Assembly (NCBI GenBank): GCA_045614485.1
Contig: JAZLCY010000133.1
Span: 1 to 39,226, forward strand
Source of the DNA: Eubacteriales bacterium
Lineage (GTDB): Bacteria; Bacillota; Clostridia; Oscillospirales; CAG-272
Length of the DNA: 39,226 bases
Direction: 5' to 3'
A program made the translations under genes and the position numbers. The notes beneath the pieces were generated by a model. That model was not told where the DNA came from. It searched no databases and saw only the letters and a list, made by a program, of their open reading frames with translations. Below, one piece after another: positions 18,791-28,612 of this stretch (position 1 is its first letter; each line of letters starts with the position of its first letter).

Positions 18791-21121
18791 ATGTCTGAAA
18801 TTAAAACAAATTATATAGAAGTTATGCTCCCTGTTTTGCCCCTTCGCGGAATCGTTGGATTCCCTGCTGTTCAGATGAATATCGAAATAGCACGCTCATC
18901 ATCCCTCAAGGCATTTACAGCGGCAGCAACACTCAACGATGCAAAGCTTTTGCTCGTTGCGCAAAAAGAAATCAACGTTGAATCTCCCAAAGATGACGAT
19001 ATGTACAAGGTTGGTGTTTTGGCAGAGATAAAGCACGTTGTTAAGAATCCCCAGGGCACACTCAACGTTGTTTTTGAAGGTATAGCAAGAGCAAAGATAT
19101 CTAAATTTGAAGAAACACAGGGCTTCCTTTCCGCTTATGCGACCGTCAGAAAGCCCCATAAAAACGTTGCAATCACACCTGAAATTGAAGCGCTGATGCT
19201 TGACGTTAAGAAAAGACTCGTTCACCTCAAGGACGTTCATCCCTCCTTCAGCGAGGATATGCGCCTTGCGGCAGAGGCTATTTCAAACCCTGAATATCTT
19301 GCAGATTTCGTTGCTTCCGGGGCAATAATAGACTACAAGAACAAGCAATCCGTTCTTGAAGCTACTATTGTTAGATCAAGACTTGAAAAGCTTCTTGTTG
19401 CACTTGAAGAAGAAGGAATGCTTCTTGATTGCGAGCGCAACATTCAGATGCAGGTAAGAGAAAAAATTGATAGGAATCAGAAGGATTACTTCTTAAGAGA
19501 ACAGATGAAGGTTATCCAGTCCGAACTTGGAGAGGACGAGGATGATGAAATTAAGGAGTATGAGGACAGGATCGCTGCTGCAAATATGCCCGAAGATGTT
19601 CGCGAAAAGCTATACAAAGAGCTTGCGAAGCTTGCAAAAACACCATTTGGCGCGGCAGAAAGCACCGTTTTAAGAACCTATCTTGATACCTGCCTTGACT
19701 TCCCCTTCGGCATCAAAACAACTGACGACGTTAACGTAAAGGAAGCCAAGGTTATACTTGACAAGGACCACGACGGCCTTGAAAAAGTTAAGGAAAGAAT
19801 TCTTGAATTCGTTGCAATCAAGCAGTTCTCACCCGAAGTGAAGAACCAGATCATATGCCTTGTGGGCCCTCCCGGAGTTGGTAAAACAAGTGTTGCGGCA
19901 TCTGTTGCGCGCGCTCTTAAGAGGAAGTACGCAAGAGTTTCTCTTGGCGGTATGCATGACGAAGCCGAGATCCGCGGCCACAGAAAAACATACGTTGGCG
20001 CTATGCCCGGCAGAATCATAACAGCGCTTATCAACGCGAAGGCAGAAAACCCTGTTATCGTGCTTGACGAAATTGACAAAATGTCCAACAACTTCAGAGG
20101 CGACCCGACGTCTGCACTTCTTGAGGTTCTTGACCCCGAGCAGAACAAGTATTTCCGCGATAACTTTATGGAAATACCGATCGATCTTTCTGACGTGCTC
20201 TTTATCGCGACGGCAAACAGCTATTCATCCATTCCCCTGCCCCTGCTTGACAGAATGGAGATAATCGAGCTTTCCACCTACACCGATTCCGAAAAACTTG
20301 CTATAGCAAAAAATCACTTAGTTCCCAAGCAGCTTAAAAGAAACGGTATGACAAAGAAGCAGGTAAAGATAACCGACTCCGCGATTATTGCGCTGATTAC
20401 CGATTACACCAAGGAAGCCGGCGTTCGAACCCTTGAAAGAGAGATTGCTTCACTTATAAGAAAAGGTGCAAAGCGAATCGCCGAGACTGACGCAAAATCC
20501 ATAACTATCTCAGCCAAGAACATTGTGGATTTCCTTGGCAAAAAGAAGGTTATCCAGGAAAAGATCGAATCCAACGACCAGGTAGGAACGGTTAACGGAC
20601 TTGCCTATACGCAGGCGGGCGGAGATCTATTAAAGGTTGAAGTTGCAACAATGGAAGGAACAGGTAAAATTGAAATCACCGGTTCGCTTGGCGACGTTAT
20701 GAAGGAGTCTGCGAAAATCGCACACTCGTACGTACGAACTATCGCAAAGAAGTACAAAATAGACCCCGAATTCCACAAAACAGCCGATATACATATACAT
20801 TTTCCCGAAGGTGCTATTCCCAAGGACGGTCCCTCGGCAGGTGTAACTATGGTAACGGCTATCGTCAGCGCTCTTGGCAATATCCCTGTAAAGAAGGACG
20901 TTGCCATGACAGGCGAGATCACCCTGCGCGGCAAGGTGCTTGCAATAGGCGGACTTAAAGAAAAGACTCTCGCTGCTTACCGCTCCGGTGTTAAGACGGT
21001 TTTGATCCCCGAGGACAATATGAGAGATCTCGATGAGGTCGATAAGGTTGTACTCAACAGCCTTAACTTCATCCCCTGCAAGACCGCTGATGACGTTTTA
21101 ACACATGCTCTTTCAAGATAA
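18791..21121 (+). CDS. lon: ATP-dependent Lon protease (LonA type)
   Basis: Lon N-domain ([13 protein letters not shown]), AAA+ Walker [10 protein letters not shown], Walker [10 protein letters not shown], and catalytic Ser region [11 protein letters not shown]. Start moved to ATG 18791 (GAGGAA SD), because the track's TTG at 18755 would sit at the predicted TSS. Confidence 0.95.
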   Translation: MSEIKTNYIEVMLPVLPLRGIVGFPAVQMNIEIARSSSLKAFTAAATLNDAKLLLVAQKEINVESPKDDDMYKVGVLAEIKHVVKNPQGTLNVVFEGIARAKISKFEETQGFLSAYATVRKPHKNVAITPEIEALMLDVKKRLVHLKDVHPSFSEDMRLAAEAISNPEYLADFVASGAIIDYKNKQSVLEATIVRSRLEKLLVALEEEGMLLDCERNIQMQVREKIDRNQKDYFLREQMKVIQSELGEDEDDEIKEYEDRIAAANMPEDVREKLYKELAKLAKTPFGAAESTVLRTYLDTCLDFPFGIKTTDDVNVKEAKVILDKDHDGLEKVKERILEFVAIKQFSPEVKNQIICLVGPPGVGKTSVAASVARALKRKYARVSLGGMHDEAEIRGHRKTYVGAMPGRIITALINAKAENPVIVLDEIDKMSNNFRGDPTSALLEVLDPEQNKYFRDNFMEIPIDLSDVLFIATANSYSSIPLPLLDRMEIIELSTYTDSEKLAIAKNHLVPKQLKRNGMTKKQVKITDSAIIALITDYTKEAGVRTLEREIASLIRKGAKRIAETDAKSITISAKNIVDFLGKKKVIQEKIESNDQVGTVNGLAYTQAGGDLLKVEVATMEGTGKIEITGSLGDVMKESAKIAHSYVRTIAKKYKIDPEFHKTADIHIHFPEGAIPKDGPSAGVTMVTAIVSALGNIPVKKDVAMTGEITLRGKVLAIGGLKEKTLAAYRSGVKTVLIPEDNMRDLDEVDKVVLNSLNFIPCKTADDVLTHALSR

Positions 21122-21132
21122 TTGAGGTAAAA

Positions 21133-21732
21133 ATGAAAGTTAACGTAAACAACTCAAACATTTGTATGACAGTTGGCGACGCGCGCCAGTTTCCGCGCGA
21201 CGCAAGACCCGAGATCGCTCTTTCCGGCAGATCAAACGTAGGAAAAAGCTCGCTTATCAACACTCTGCTTGGTAGAAAATCGCTTGCAAGAGTTTCCTCC
21301 GCCCCCGGAAAAACAATTACGATCAACTATTACGACATTGACAAAAAGCTTTTCCTTGTTGACCTTCCCGGATACGGATATGCAAAGAGATCCAAGGAAT
21401 CAAAGCGCTCGTGGAGCACACTGACCGAGGACTTTTTCCTCAAAAACCCCTCAGCAGATCCTCCCAAGCTTGTTCTGCAGCTGATCGATATCAGAACCGG
21501 GCCCACAGATGATGACATTCTGATGATCAACTGGATGATAGACATGAGTGTTCCCTTTATCGTAATCGCAACCAAGTCGGACAAGCTTTCAAAAAAGCAG
21601 ACACAAGAGGCTCTTGAATCCTTTGAAAACAACTATTTCAAAGGTACAGGTATAGAGGTCATTCCCTTCTCATCAGTTTCAAGAGACGGTAAAGACATTG
21701 TTTGGAACAAGATATTTGAATCGATAAACTAA
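21133..21732 (+). CDS. engB: Ribosome biogenesis GTPase EngB/YsxC
   Basis: G1 GRSNVGKSSLIN, G3 DLPGYG, G4 TKSDK. Conserved position directly after lon, as in B. subtilis lonA-ysxC. Confidence 0.92.
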   Translation: MKVNVNNSNICMTVGDARQFPRDARPEIALSGRSNVGKSSLINTLLGRKSLARVSSAPGKTITINYYDIDKKLFLVDLPGYGYAKRSKESKRSWSTLTEDFFLKNPSADPPKLVLQLIDIRTGPTDDDILMINWMIDMSVPFIVIATKSDKLSKKQTQEALESFENNYFKGTGIEVIPFSSVSRDGKDIVWNKIFESIN

Positions 21733-21751
21733 GCAACAAGGAGAAATTAAA

Positions 21752-22498
21752 ATGCCCGATTTTGCCGGTTATTTATTATCAGCCTTGGCCGTCCTCATCG
21801 TTTTGACAATTCATGAATTTTCACACGCATATGCCGCTTACAAGCTTGGCGATCCTACAGCGCAAAGGCTTGGCAGACTTACGCTCAATCCTATAAAGCA
21901 CCTTGATCCTATTGGAGCATTGTGCCTTGTGTTCTTTCACTTTGGATGGGCAAAGCCTGTGCCGATCAATGCAAGATACTTTAAAAAACCGCGATTTCAT
22001 TTTGCCCTGACCGCGCTTGCAGGACCGCTTGCCAACCTTATTACTGCATTTTTCACGTCGCTTGTTTGCCTGCTGATCCCTGCGCTCTTCAATAAGGTTA
22101 TACCGATACCGGCAGAAAACGTCTTTCTTATATCGCTAATCAACAACTTTCTCTCTTTTCTCGTTATTTTCCAGCAAATAAATATAGGAATTGCGCTTTT
22201 CAACCTTATTCCCGTGCCGCCACTTGACGGCTCACGCATCTTTCTCACTTTCCTGCCACCCAAGGCTTACTTCGGGGTAATGAAGTACGAAAGATACATT
22301 TATCTTGGTCTTATAGGCTGGCTTTTCGTTGGCAATATGTTTAAAACCGTACTTTTATATATTCCTTTCATCGCCTCATCCAAGATACTTTCAACGCTCG
22401 TTGGATTTTTGTCCCTTTCTGATATGTTAGGAACACTTTTCGGATACGTTTCCAACCTTATGTTCTCGTTTTGGGAGCTTATTCCCTTCTTAAGATAA
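21752..22498 (+). CDS. Site-2 protease family (peptidase M50) membrane protein
   Basis: HEFSHA zinc motif in the first TM helix, a second motif NLIPVPPLDGSRI, and multiple hydrophobic segments. AAGGAG SD. Confidence 0.8.
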   Translation: MPDFAGYLLSALAVLIVLTIHEFSHAYAAYKLGDPTAQRLGRLTLNPIKHLDPIGALCLVFFHFGWAKPVPINARYFKKPRFHFALTALAGPLANLITAFFTSLVCLLIPALFNKVIPIPAENVFLISLINNFLSFLVIFQQINIGIALFNLIPVPPLDGSRIFLTFLPPKAYFGVMKYERYIYLGLIGWLFVGNMFKTVLLYIPFIASSKILSTLVGFLSLSDMLGTLFGYVSNLMFSFWELIPFLR

Positions 22499-22534
22499 AG
22501 ACACTAAAATTTTTACAGAAAATCGGAGTTAATA

Positions 22535-23365
22535 ATGATCGAACAGGTTACCTATCGATTGGATCAATTTGAGGGCCCTTTGGACCTTTTGCTTTCACTT
22601 ATCACAAAAAACAAGGTTAGCATAACGGATATTCCTATTGCCCTTATATGCGATCAATATATGGAATATATCGAGCAGGCGCAGAAGATGGACCTCGAGG
22701 TTGCCAGCGAATTTATCGTTATGGCAAGCGAACTTATGCTTATCAAGAGCAGAATGATACTGCCGCACGAGGAAGGTACTGAAAACGACCCCAGACGCGA
22801 GATTGCAGATGCGCTCTTGCTTTATCAGCAGGCAAAGATTGCTGCAAAGGAGCTCCGCCCCCTTTATGATGAATATTCGGGCAGATACGTTAAAGATACA
22901 GACGACATACCGCCGGAAAAGGGACTCCCCCTCGACCTTGATCCCAATCTTTTGATAAAAGCATTGAACTCGGTTATGCGTAAAATACGCATTGCAAATT
23001 CCGAGCGAGCGCCAAAGGATCTTGTTAACCCCCTTATCAAGCGCAAGATCGTTTCCGTTGAGGAGAAGATTGAACAGATCTGCTCGTTGCTTGAGGATAG
23101 AGAAGAAGCTTCCCTCTTCTTCTTGCTTAAAGATGCAGATTCAAGAAGTGAACTTGTAGCACGCTTTATGGGTGTGCTTGAGCTTATTAAGATACACAGG
23201 ATCAAAATAACGACTGTGCATTTCGTTGAGGACGTGGCAGAATATGACGCAGACGGCCTTGAGATGAAATTCTCACTCAACCCCGACTATATTCCCACCG
23301 AAGCCATAGAGAGTGAATTTGACGCACCTGTGGCAGTACAAGAGCAACAAACTATCAAGGCTTAA
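22535..23365 (+). CDS. scpA: Segregation and condensation protein A (kleisin)
   Basis: FEGPLDLLLSLITKNKVSITDIPIALICDQYMEYI... is the canonical ScpA N-terminus. C-terminal winged helix (FMGVLELIK). Confidence 0.93.
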   Translation: MIEQVTYRLDQFEGPLDLLLSLITKNKVSITDIPIALICDQYMEYIEQAQKMDLEVASEFIVMASELMLIKSRMILPHEEGTENDPRREIADALLLYQQAKIAAKELRPLYDEYSGRYVKDTDDIPPEKGLPLDLDPNLLIKALNSVMRKIRIANSERAPKDLVNPLIKRKIVSVEEKIEQICSLLEDREEASLFFLLKDADSRSELVARFMGVLELIKIHRIKITTVHFVEDVAEYDADGLEMKFSLNPDYIPTEAIESEFDAPVAVQEQQTIKA

Positions 23366-23382
23366 ATGGAGAGATAGACATT

Positions 23383-24180
23383 ATGGAAAATGAAAATATA
23401 GAGATCTCGGCTAACACAACCGAAGAAGCAGTTGAGCAAGCAAGAGCGATCGTGCTTGAAGAAGCCATAGAGGCCGTTCTTTTTGCAGCAGGACACCCTG
23501 TTTCTTACGCAACACTTGCAAGAGTGCTTGAGTCCACCCCCTCCAAAATCAGAGAGGCTGTTGCAGAATATGCAACGAAATACAACAACTCGGAGATCCC
23601 CAGAGGAGTTTTGCTCCTTACTTACTCCGATTCCTGCCAGCTTTGCACAAAGCAGCACTATCTTACAGAGATCAGAGATGCCCTTGGTATCAAAAAGAGC
23701 GGTACTCTCTCCTCCTCTGCGCTTGAAACCCTCGCAATAGTTGCATACAATCAGCCTGTTACAAGGCTTTTCGTTGATACTCTTCGTAAGGTTGACTCAT
23801 CTTACGCGATGAACAGCCTTATCGACCGCGGACTTATAGAGTGCGTTGGCAGACTTGACGTTCCCGGCCGTCCTATGCTTTACGGTACAACGTCCGACTT
23901 TTTGCGTTGCTTTGGCCTCGGAGATCTTGATTCCCTGCCCAAGACAAGCGAAGAGATGATGGACGTGTTTACAAATGCAAAGCTTAACACCAACAACGGT
24001 GTATCAAATGGCGAAGATCCGGAAATGATAGATACAGACGGAACACAGATTACCATTGAGGACGTTGAAAACGGAACAACCCCTGTAAAAGCTGAGGCTG
24101 TTGTGGAAGAAACCGAATCTGTTCCCGAAATCGAACTTGAGGAGCCCTCTGCCGAGGACGATATTATTGCGGATTTCTAA
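23383..24180 (+). CDS. scpB: Segregation and condensation protein B with an ~80-aa acidic C-terminal extension
   Basis: IEAVLFAAGHPVSY..., LETLAIVAYNQPVTR..., and GRPMLYGTTSDFLRCFGL are ScpB double winged-helix motifs. The tail from about residue 186 is rich in E, D and T. Confidence 0.9.
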   Translation: MENENIEISANTTEEAVEQARAIVLEEAIEAVLFAAGHPVSYATLARVLESTPSKIREAVAEYATKYNNSEIPRGVLLLTYSDSCQLCTKQHYLTEIRDALGIKKSGTLSSSALETLAIVAYNQPVTRLFVDTLRKVDSSYAMNSLIDRGLIECVGRLDVPGRPMLYGTTSDFLRCFGLGDLDSLPKTSEEMMDVFTNAKLNTNNGVSNGEDPEMIDTDGTQITIEDVENGTTPVKAEAVVEETESVPEIELEEPSAEDDIIADF

Positions 24181-24183
24181 AAT

Positions 24184-24696
24184 ATGAATCAAACAGTCAT
24201 ACCGATCATTCTATTCACTGTGCTACTTCTTCTTGTAATTCAGAACGTTACTGTCAGGATAAAGTGGAAAAAGCGCTTGACGATCAGTATCGACTACATG
24301 TTTTTGACTATTCATTTTACGGTAAAAAGAAGCAATAAAACAAAAAAACAGCAAAAATACATTTCACCTTTTTTAAGCTTTGCAAGAGCACTGTTATCAC
24401 ATTCTTGCGTTACACTGCACAAGCTGACCATCGGATATGCACCTGATGATTATGCACAGGCTTACATCACAAAAGGGGCTATACAGAGTGTTCTCTATCC
24501 CACTATATCAGCGATCCGCGTGCTATCAAGAGGCTTTACTGTCGAGGACGGAGCGGTAGAAACACGAAATCCGAACGCTGAAGAGGATTATACAGTTTTT
24601 GATATTGCATTCAGAATAAGACTTTATCACGTTATTCTTTCATCAATTTCTTTTTTCAAAAGCTACTTAAAGAGGAAAGCAAAGGAATCAAAATGA
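24184..24696 (+). CDS. YtfI-like (DUF2953-type) putative sporulation membrane protein
   Basis: N-terminal TM helix, basic linker, ~170 aa. Lies immediately upstream of a GerW/YtfJ gene and overlaps it (ATGA), as in the ytfI-ytfJ pair. No clear SD (3-nt gap after the scpB stop). The call is by context and size, not by strong motifs. Confidence 0.5.
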   Translation: MNQTVIPIILFTVLLLLVIQNVTVRIKWKKRLTISIDYMFLTIHFTVKRSNKTKKQQKYISPFLSFARALLSHSCVTLHKLTIGYAPDDYAQAYITKGAIQSVLYPTISAIRVLSRGFTVEDGAVETRNPNAEEDYTVFDIAFRIRLYHVILSSISFFKSYLKRKAKESK

Positions 24697-25070
24697 ACGA
24701 AAGCAAGACAAGTGACGTTATAAAGTCCTCTGTTGAAGGTATAAGAAGCTTTGCAGATACGGACACAATTATAGGTAATGCGATCCAAACGCCAAGCGGT
24801 GTTACGGTTATCCCGGTTTCAAAATTAACCGTTGGATTTGCCGGCGGCGGAGTTGACTTTGGGAAAAAGGTGGCAACAAACCAGAGCTTCGGTTCAGGTA
24901 GCGGAAGCGGTGTTTCGCTGACTCCGATCGCCTTCTTGACCGTTGGCAAAAATGCAGAAATCAATCTTATACACATCAACCCTTCTGTAGAGACAGGGAT
25001 AGATAAGATTTCATCACTTATAGAGCACTCCCCCGAAATAATACAGAAGATAAAGGATACTTTTATCTGA
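24693..25070 (+). CDS. ytfJ: GerW/YtfJ family sporulation protein
   Basis: IIGNAIQTPSGVTVIPVSKLTVGFAGGGVDFG...GSGSGSGVSLTPIAFLTV matches the GerW/YtfJ family pattern. Confidence 0.85.
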   Translation: MNESKTSDVIKSSVEGIRSFADTDTIIGNAIQTPSGVTVIPVSKLTVGFAGGGVDFGKKVATNQSFGSGSGSGVSLTPIAFLTVGKNAEINLIHINPSVETGIDKISSLIEHSPEIIQKIKDTFI

Positions 25071-25141
25071 TTTTCTAAAAGAAGGCAAAATACACTTCTT
25101 CTCCTCGGGAAAGATATTAAAAATCCCACGGAGAATCAAGA

Positions 25142-26248
25142 ATGAAAAGAAGATATATTTCAGCAATACTGATCGCTATAAATCTCGCATTTATCTTTCC
25201 CTTCACTGCCAAAGCGGAGGGTGACATACGGATAAGCGCAAGGTCTGCGGCATTATACGAACCGCAAACAAATGATTTTTTATACACAAAAAATGCCAAC
25301 GAACGACTCGGTATGGCAAGCACTACCAAAATTATGACGGCACTGATCGCGCTCGAAAGACTTGATCTTGATCAAGAAATTGCGATCGATGACCGCGCAA
25401 TAGGCATTGACGGTTCTTCAATATACCTTGAAAAAGGCGAAATAATGAGCGCAGGGGACCTGATATATGCACTGATGCTCAGAAGCGCTAACGATGCGGC
25501 AGAAGCGCTTGCCTATGAAATTTGCGGCAATATTGAAGATTTTTGCCATCTTATGAATGAGAGAGCGGCGGCACTTGGGTTAAATGACACCAATTTTATG
25601 AATCCACACGGCCTTGATGCCAAGGGACACTATACCACTGCGCACGATCTGGCACTTATATGTGCTGAGGCGCTGAAAAACGATAAATTCAGAGAAATAT
25701 CATCAACATACAAGAAGGATATTGACAGCAATCTGAAAACAAGAACACTCGTTAACCACAACAAGCTTTTAAACCGCTACGACGGATGCATCGGAGTAAA
25801 AACCGGTTACACACAAAAATGCGGACGTTCGCTTGTTGGAGCGGCAGAACGCAACGGACTTACTCTTATCAGCGTTACCATTGATGCGCCGGATGACTGG
25901 AACGATCACAAAAAGCTTTTAGATCGCGGATTTAGTGATGTAAAAGTGATAAAAATCGCCGAGGCCGGTGAAATATCTATACCTTTGCCCGTAATCAACG
26001 GAAAGAAGGAATTTATAACCGTTACAAACAAAGACGGTGTACAATTCGTTTGCAAGATCAAAAATCCGGATATTAAAAGCGAGATCACATTACCGCAATC
26101 AATAACAGAGAACGTGAAAGCCGGAGATACAATCGGCAAAATTACGTATACCCTCAACGGAAAAACCGTTGCACAAACAGAGCTTATCGCCAAAGAGGAC
26201 GCACAGATAAAAAAGAAAAAAGGATTTTTCGAACGTATTTTCAAATAG
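25142..26248 (+). CDS. D-alanyl-D-alanine carboxypeptidase (peptidase S11; DacB/DacF-like)
   Basis: Signal peptide, SxxK (ASTTK), SxN (RSAND), KTG (VKTGYT), and a C-terminal PBP5 beta-domain. Confidence 0.9.
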   Translation: MKRRYISAILIAINLAFIFPFTAKAEGDIRISARSAALYEPQTNDFLYTKNANERLGMASTTKIMTALIALERLDLDQEIAIDDRAIGIDGSSIYLEKGEIMSAGDLIYALMLRSANDAAEALAYEICGNIEDFCHLMNERAAALGLNDTNFMNPHGLDAKGHYTTAHDLALICAEALKNDKFREISSTYKKDIDSNLKTRTLVNHNKLLNRYDGCIGVKTGYTQKCGRSLVGAAERNGLTLISVTIDAPDDWNDHKKLLDRGFSDVKVIKIAEAGEISIPLPVINGKKEFITVTNKDGVQFVCKIKNPDIKSEITLPQSITENVKAGDTIGKITYTLNGKTVAQTELIAKEDAQIKKKKGFFERIFK

Positions 26249-26265
26249 ACATTAAGGAGCACTTT

Positions 26266-27000
26266 ATGAAAGAAATAAGACTTCAGAAATTTATCGCAGA
26301 TGCAGGAATTATGTCGCGCAGAGCCGCAGAAGCGGAAATAGAAAAAGGCAACTTTGCCATTAACGGCCACGTTGCCCCTATCGGCGCAAAAATTAATCCT
26401 GCGGCTGACGTTGTTACATACAAGGGAAAAAGAATTCATCACGAGCAGAAAAAGTACACTTATATTATGATGAATAAGCCCCGCGGTTATCTTTCGAGCA
26501 CCTCTGATGACAGAGGCAGAAAATGTGTCACTGACCTGATTACAGGAGTTGATGCACGACTTTACCCTGTTGGACGACTTGACCTTATCTCCGAGGGAAT
26601 GCTCCTCCTTACAGATGACGGTGATCTCAAGAACAAGCTCACACACCCCAGCCACTCCCTGCCCAAGATTTACAGGGTAAAGGTTGGCTCTGAGGTTAGC
26701 AAAAAGCAGTTTGAGATACTCACCTCCCCTCTTGAAATTGACGGCTATACGATCAAGCCTGTTGCAGTAACCGTTGGCGAGAGCGATGAAACAGGCACAG
26801 TGCTTAAAATGACGCTTGTTGAGGGCAGAAACAGACAGATACGAAAGATGTGCGAGATCGCAGGCCTTACAGTAAAAAGACTTTCCCGTGTTTCTATCGG
26901 AAACCTTAAGCTTGACGGAATGCCTGTTGGTAAATGGAGACATCTTGACGAGAGCGAGGTTGAATACCTCAAGCGCGCAACAAAGAATGCAAAGGGGTAA
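26266..27000 (+). CDS. rluB: 23S rRNA pseudouridine synthase, RsuA/RluB family
   Basis: N-terminal S4 domain (RLQKFIADAGIMSRRAAE), catalytic motif YPVGRLDLISEGMLLLTDDG, and NRQIRKM. Confidence 0.9.
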   Translation: MKEIRLQKFIADAGIMSRRAAEAEIEKGNFAINGHVAPIGAKINPAADVVTYKGKRIHHEQKKYTYIMMNKPRGYLSSTSDDRGRKCVTDLITGVDARLYPVGRLDLISEGMLLLTDDGDLKNKLTHPSHSLPKIYRVKVGSEVSKKQFEILTSPLEIDGYTIKPVAVTVGESDETGTVLKMTLVEGRNRQIRKMCEIAGLTVKRLSRVSIGNLKLDGMPVGKWRHLDESEVEYLKRATKNAKG

Positions 27001-27003
27001 TTT

Positions 27004-27408
27004 ATGTTTAAAATAACTCCTATTAACGATAAAGCACTGCAGAAGGAATTTGCCCTTGCCTGCGGAGCAAAGTACAACGAAGATTTCTTTGCATATGCCA
27101 TGACAGATGCGGAAAGCGGCGAGATAATGGGTTTTTCGCAGTTTGAAATTGACGGCGAGGAAGGATACATATCAGCGCTCAGATCGAAAATCGGATATGA
27201 TGACTTTGAGGCAATGTTTATCCTTGGCAGAGCAACAATGAACTTCATCGACACCTGCGGTGCTCACATCTGCAACGCAGCGGTTGACTCTGCTGAAGAA
27301 AGGCTGATCAAAGCAATCGGCTTTAAGCTCTGCGGTGATAAATACACCTGCAATATGCACGGAATGTTTGACGGACACTGCGACGGGCACGCAGTCGAAT
27401 TAAAATAA
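27004..27408 (+). CDS. Hypothetical 134-aa protein, GNAT-like N-terminal half, Cys/His-rich C-terminus
   Basis: AAAGGGG SD 6 nt upstream. Starts 3 nt after the rluB stop and is followed by a strong terminator. No family recognised with confidence. Confidence 0.6.
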   Translation: MFKITPINDKALQKEFALACGAKYNEDFFAYAMTDAESGEIMGFSQFEIDGEEGYISALRSKIGYDDFEAMFILGRATMNFIDTCGAHICNAAVDSAEERLIKAIGFKLCGDKYTCNMHGMFDGHCDGHAVELK

Positions 27409-27410
27409 AG

Positions 27411-27458
27411 AAAAGGCTTTAGCTACTCTCCTTTGAGAATCAGCTAAAGCCTTTTTTA
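27411..27458. terminator. Bidirectional intrinsic terminator between the convergent orphan gene and tgt
   Basis: AAAGGCTTTAGCT-N17-AGCTAAAGCCTTT (13-bp stem), followed by TTTTTTATT on the plus strand and by TTTTCTTTATTTT on the minus strand. Confidence 0.8.
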
Positions 27459-28601
27459 TTAGTCAGCACATCTTTCTGCAAGACTGTTATGATATTTGTG
27501 ATAGAATTCTTCGAAGCATCCCTCATCAAGAGCATCTCTTATCTTCTGCATAAGCTCATTGTAGAAGAAGAGGTTATGAAGTACTGCAAGACGCATTCCA
27601 AGGGCTTCCTTAGCCTTAAAAAGATGGCGTATGTAGGCTCTTGAATACATTGAGCAAGCAGGACATGAGCAACTCGGCGAAATGGGACGTGCATCGTCTA
27701 TATACTTCTCGTTAAGAAGGTTGATCTTGCCCTCCCAGGTAAAGAGATTACCGTGGCGAGCATTACGGCTGGGCATTACGCAGTCGAAGAAGTCAACTCC
27801 GCGATAAACAGCCTCAATAATGTTCTGAGGAGTGCCAACACCCATAAGATATCTGGGCTTGTCCTTGGGCATGTGAGGTTCAACAGTATCGATAATGTGA
27901 TACATAACGTCAGCAGACTCACCTACGGCAAGACCGCCTATTGCATAGCCGTCGCACTCGATCTTCTTGATTTCCTCCATATTCTGTATACGGAGGTCCT
28001 CGTACGTACCGCCCTGGTTAATACCGAAAAGAAGCTGATTGGGATTTACAGTACTCTCCATTGCGTTAAGTCTGTCCATCTCTGCTCTGCATCTCTTAAG
28101 CCACCTTACAGTTCTTTCCTGTGATGCTTTTACATACTGATAAGGTGCGGGGTTTTCCACGCACTCATCAAACGCCATTGCGATAGTAGAGCCGAGATTA
28201 GACTGAATTCGCATTGATTCCTCAGGGCCCATAAATATTCTTTTTCCGTCAAAGTGGGAGTTGAATGCAACACCCTCTTCTGTTATTTTACGAAGCTTTG
28301 CAAGAGAAAACACCTGGAATCCACCCGAATCTGTAAGCACGGGTCTATCCCAATTAAAGAACTTATGAAGACCGCCGAGTTTACGGATAAGCTCATCTCC
28401 GGGTCTGATATGCAAATGATACGTGTTTGAAAGCTCTACCTGACAGTTAACTTCCTTAAGATCAACCGTTGAAATACCGCCCTTGATAGCGGCGGATGTG
28501 CCAACGTTCATAAAAACAGGGGTTTCAATCGTTCCGTGAACTGTTTCAAATCTCGCGCGGCGAGCTTTTCCTTCTTGCTTAATTAAAGTAAATTTTGCCA
28601 T
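27459..28601 (-). CDS. tgt: Queuine tRNA-ribosyltransferase
   Basis: ARRARFETVHGTIETPVFMNVGT, LTDSGGFQV, and the zinc site CSCPACSMYSRAYIRHL are typical Tgt. Confidence 0.96.
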   Translation of the reverse strand: MAKFTLIKQEGKARRARFETVHGTIETPVFMNVGTSAAIKGGISTVDLKEVNCQVELSNTYHLHIRPGDELIRKLGGLHKFFNWDRPVLTDSGGFQVFSLAKLRKITEEGVAFNSHFDGKRIFMGPEESMRIQSNLGSTIAMAFDECVENPAPYQYVKASQERTVRWLKRCRAEMDRLNAMESTVNPNQLLFGINQGGTYEDLRIQNMEEIKKIECDGYAIGGLAVGESADVMYHIIDTVEPHMPKDKPRYLMGVGTPQNIIEAVYRGVDFFDCVMPSRNARHGNLFTWEGKINLLNEKYIDDARPISPSCSCPACSMYSRAYIRHLFKAKEALGMRLAVLHNLFFYNELMQKIRDALDEGCFEEFYHKYHNSLAERCAD

Positions 28602-28612
28602 TTTTTATTCCT

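Noticed and set aside
25071-25141. Possible sporulation-sigma promoter upstream of the dacB-like gene (AATA-N14-GGGAAAGATA resembles a forespore-type -35/-10).
   Set aside because: It matches the sigma-F/G consensus only partially, with at least one mismatch in the -10 and a poor -35. It has no CATA-type sigma-E/K element. This is too weak to call from sequence alone.
25906-26943. Very long (345 aa) minus-strand ORF spanning the dacB 3' end, the dacB/rluB gap and most of rluB.
   Set aside because: It is antisense to two well-supported genes. Across rluB it is codon-aligned with the sense frame, so it stays open simply because rluB avoids TTA/CTA/TCA codons. The translation is Cys/Phe/Ser/Asn-rich nonsense with no SD or recognisable motif. 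It is a codon-bias shadow ORF.
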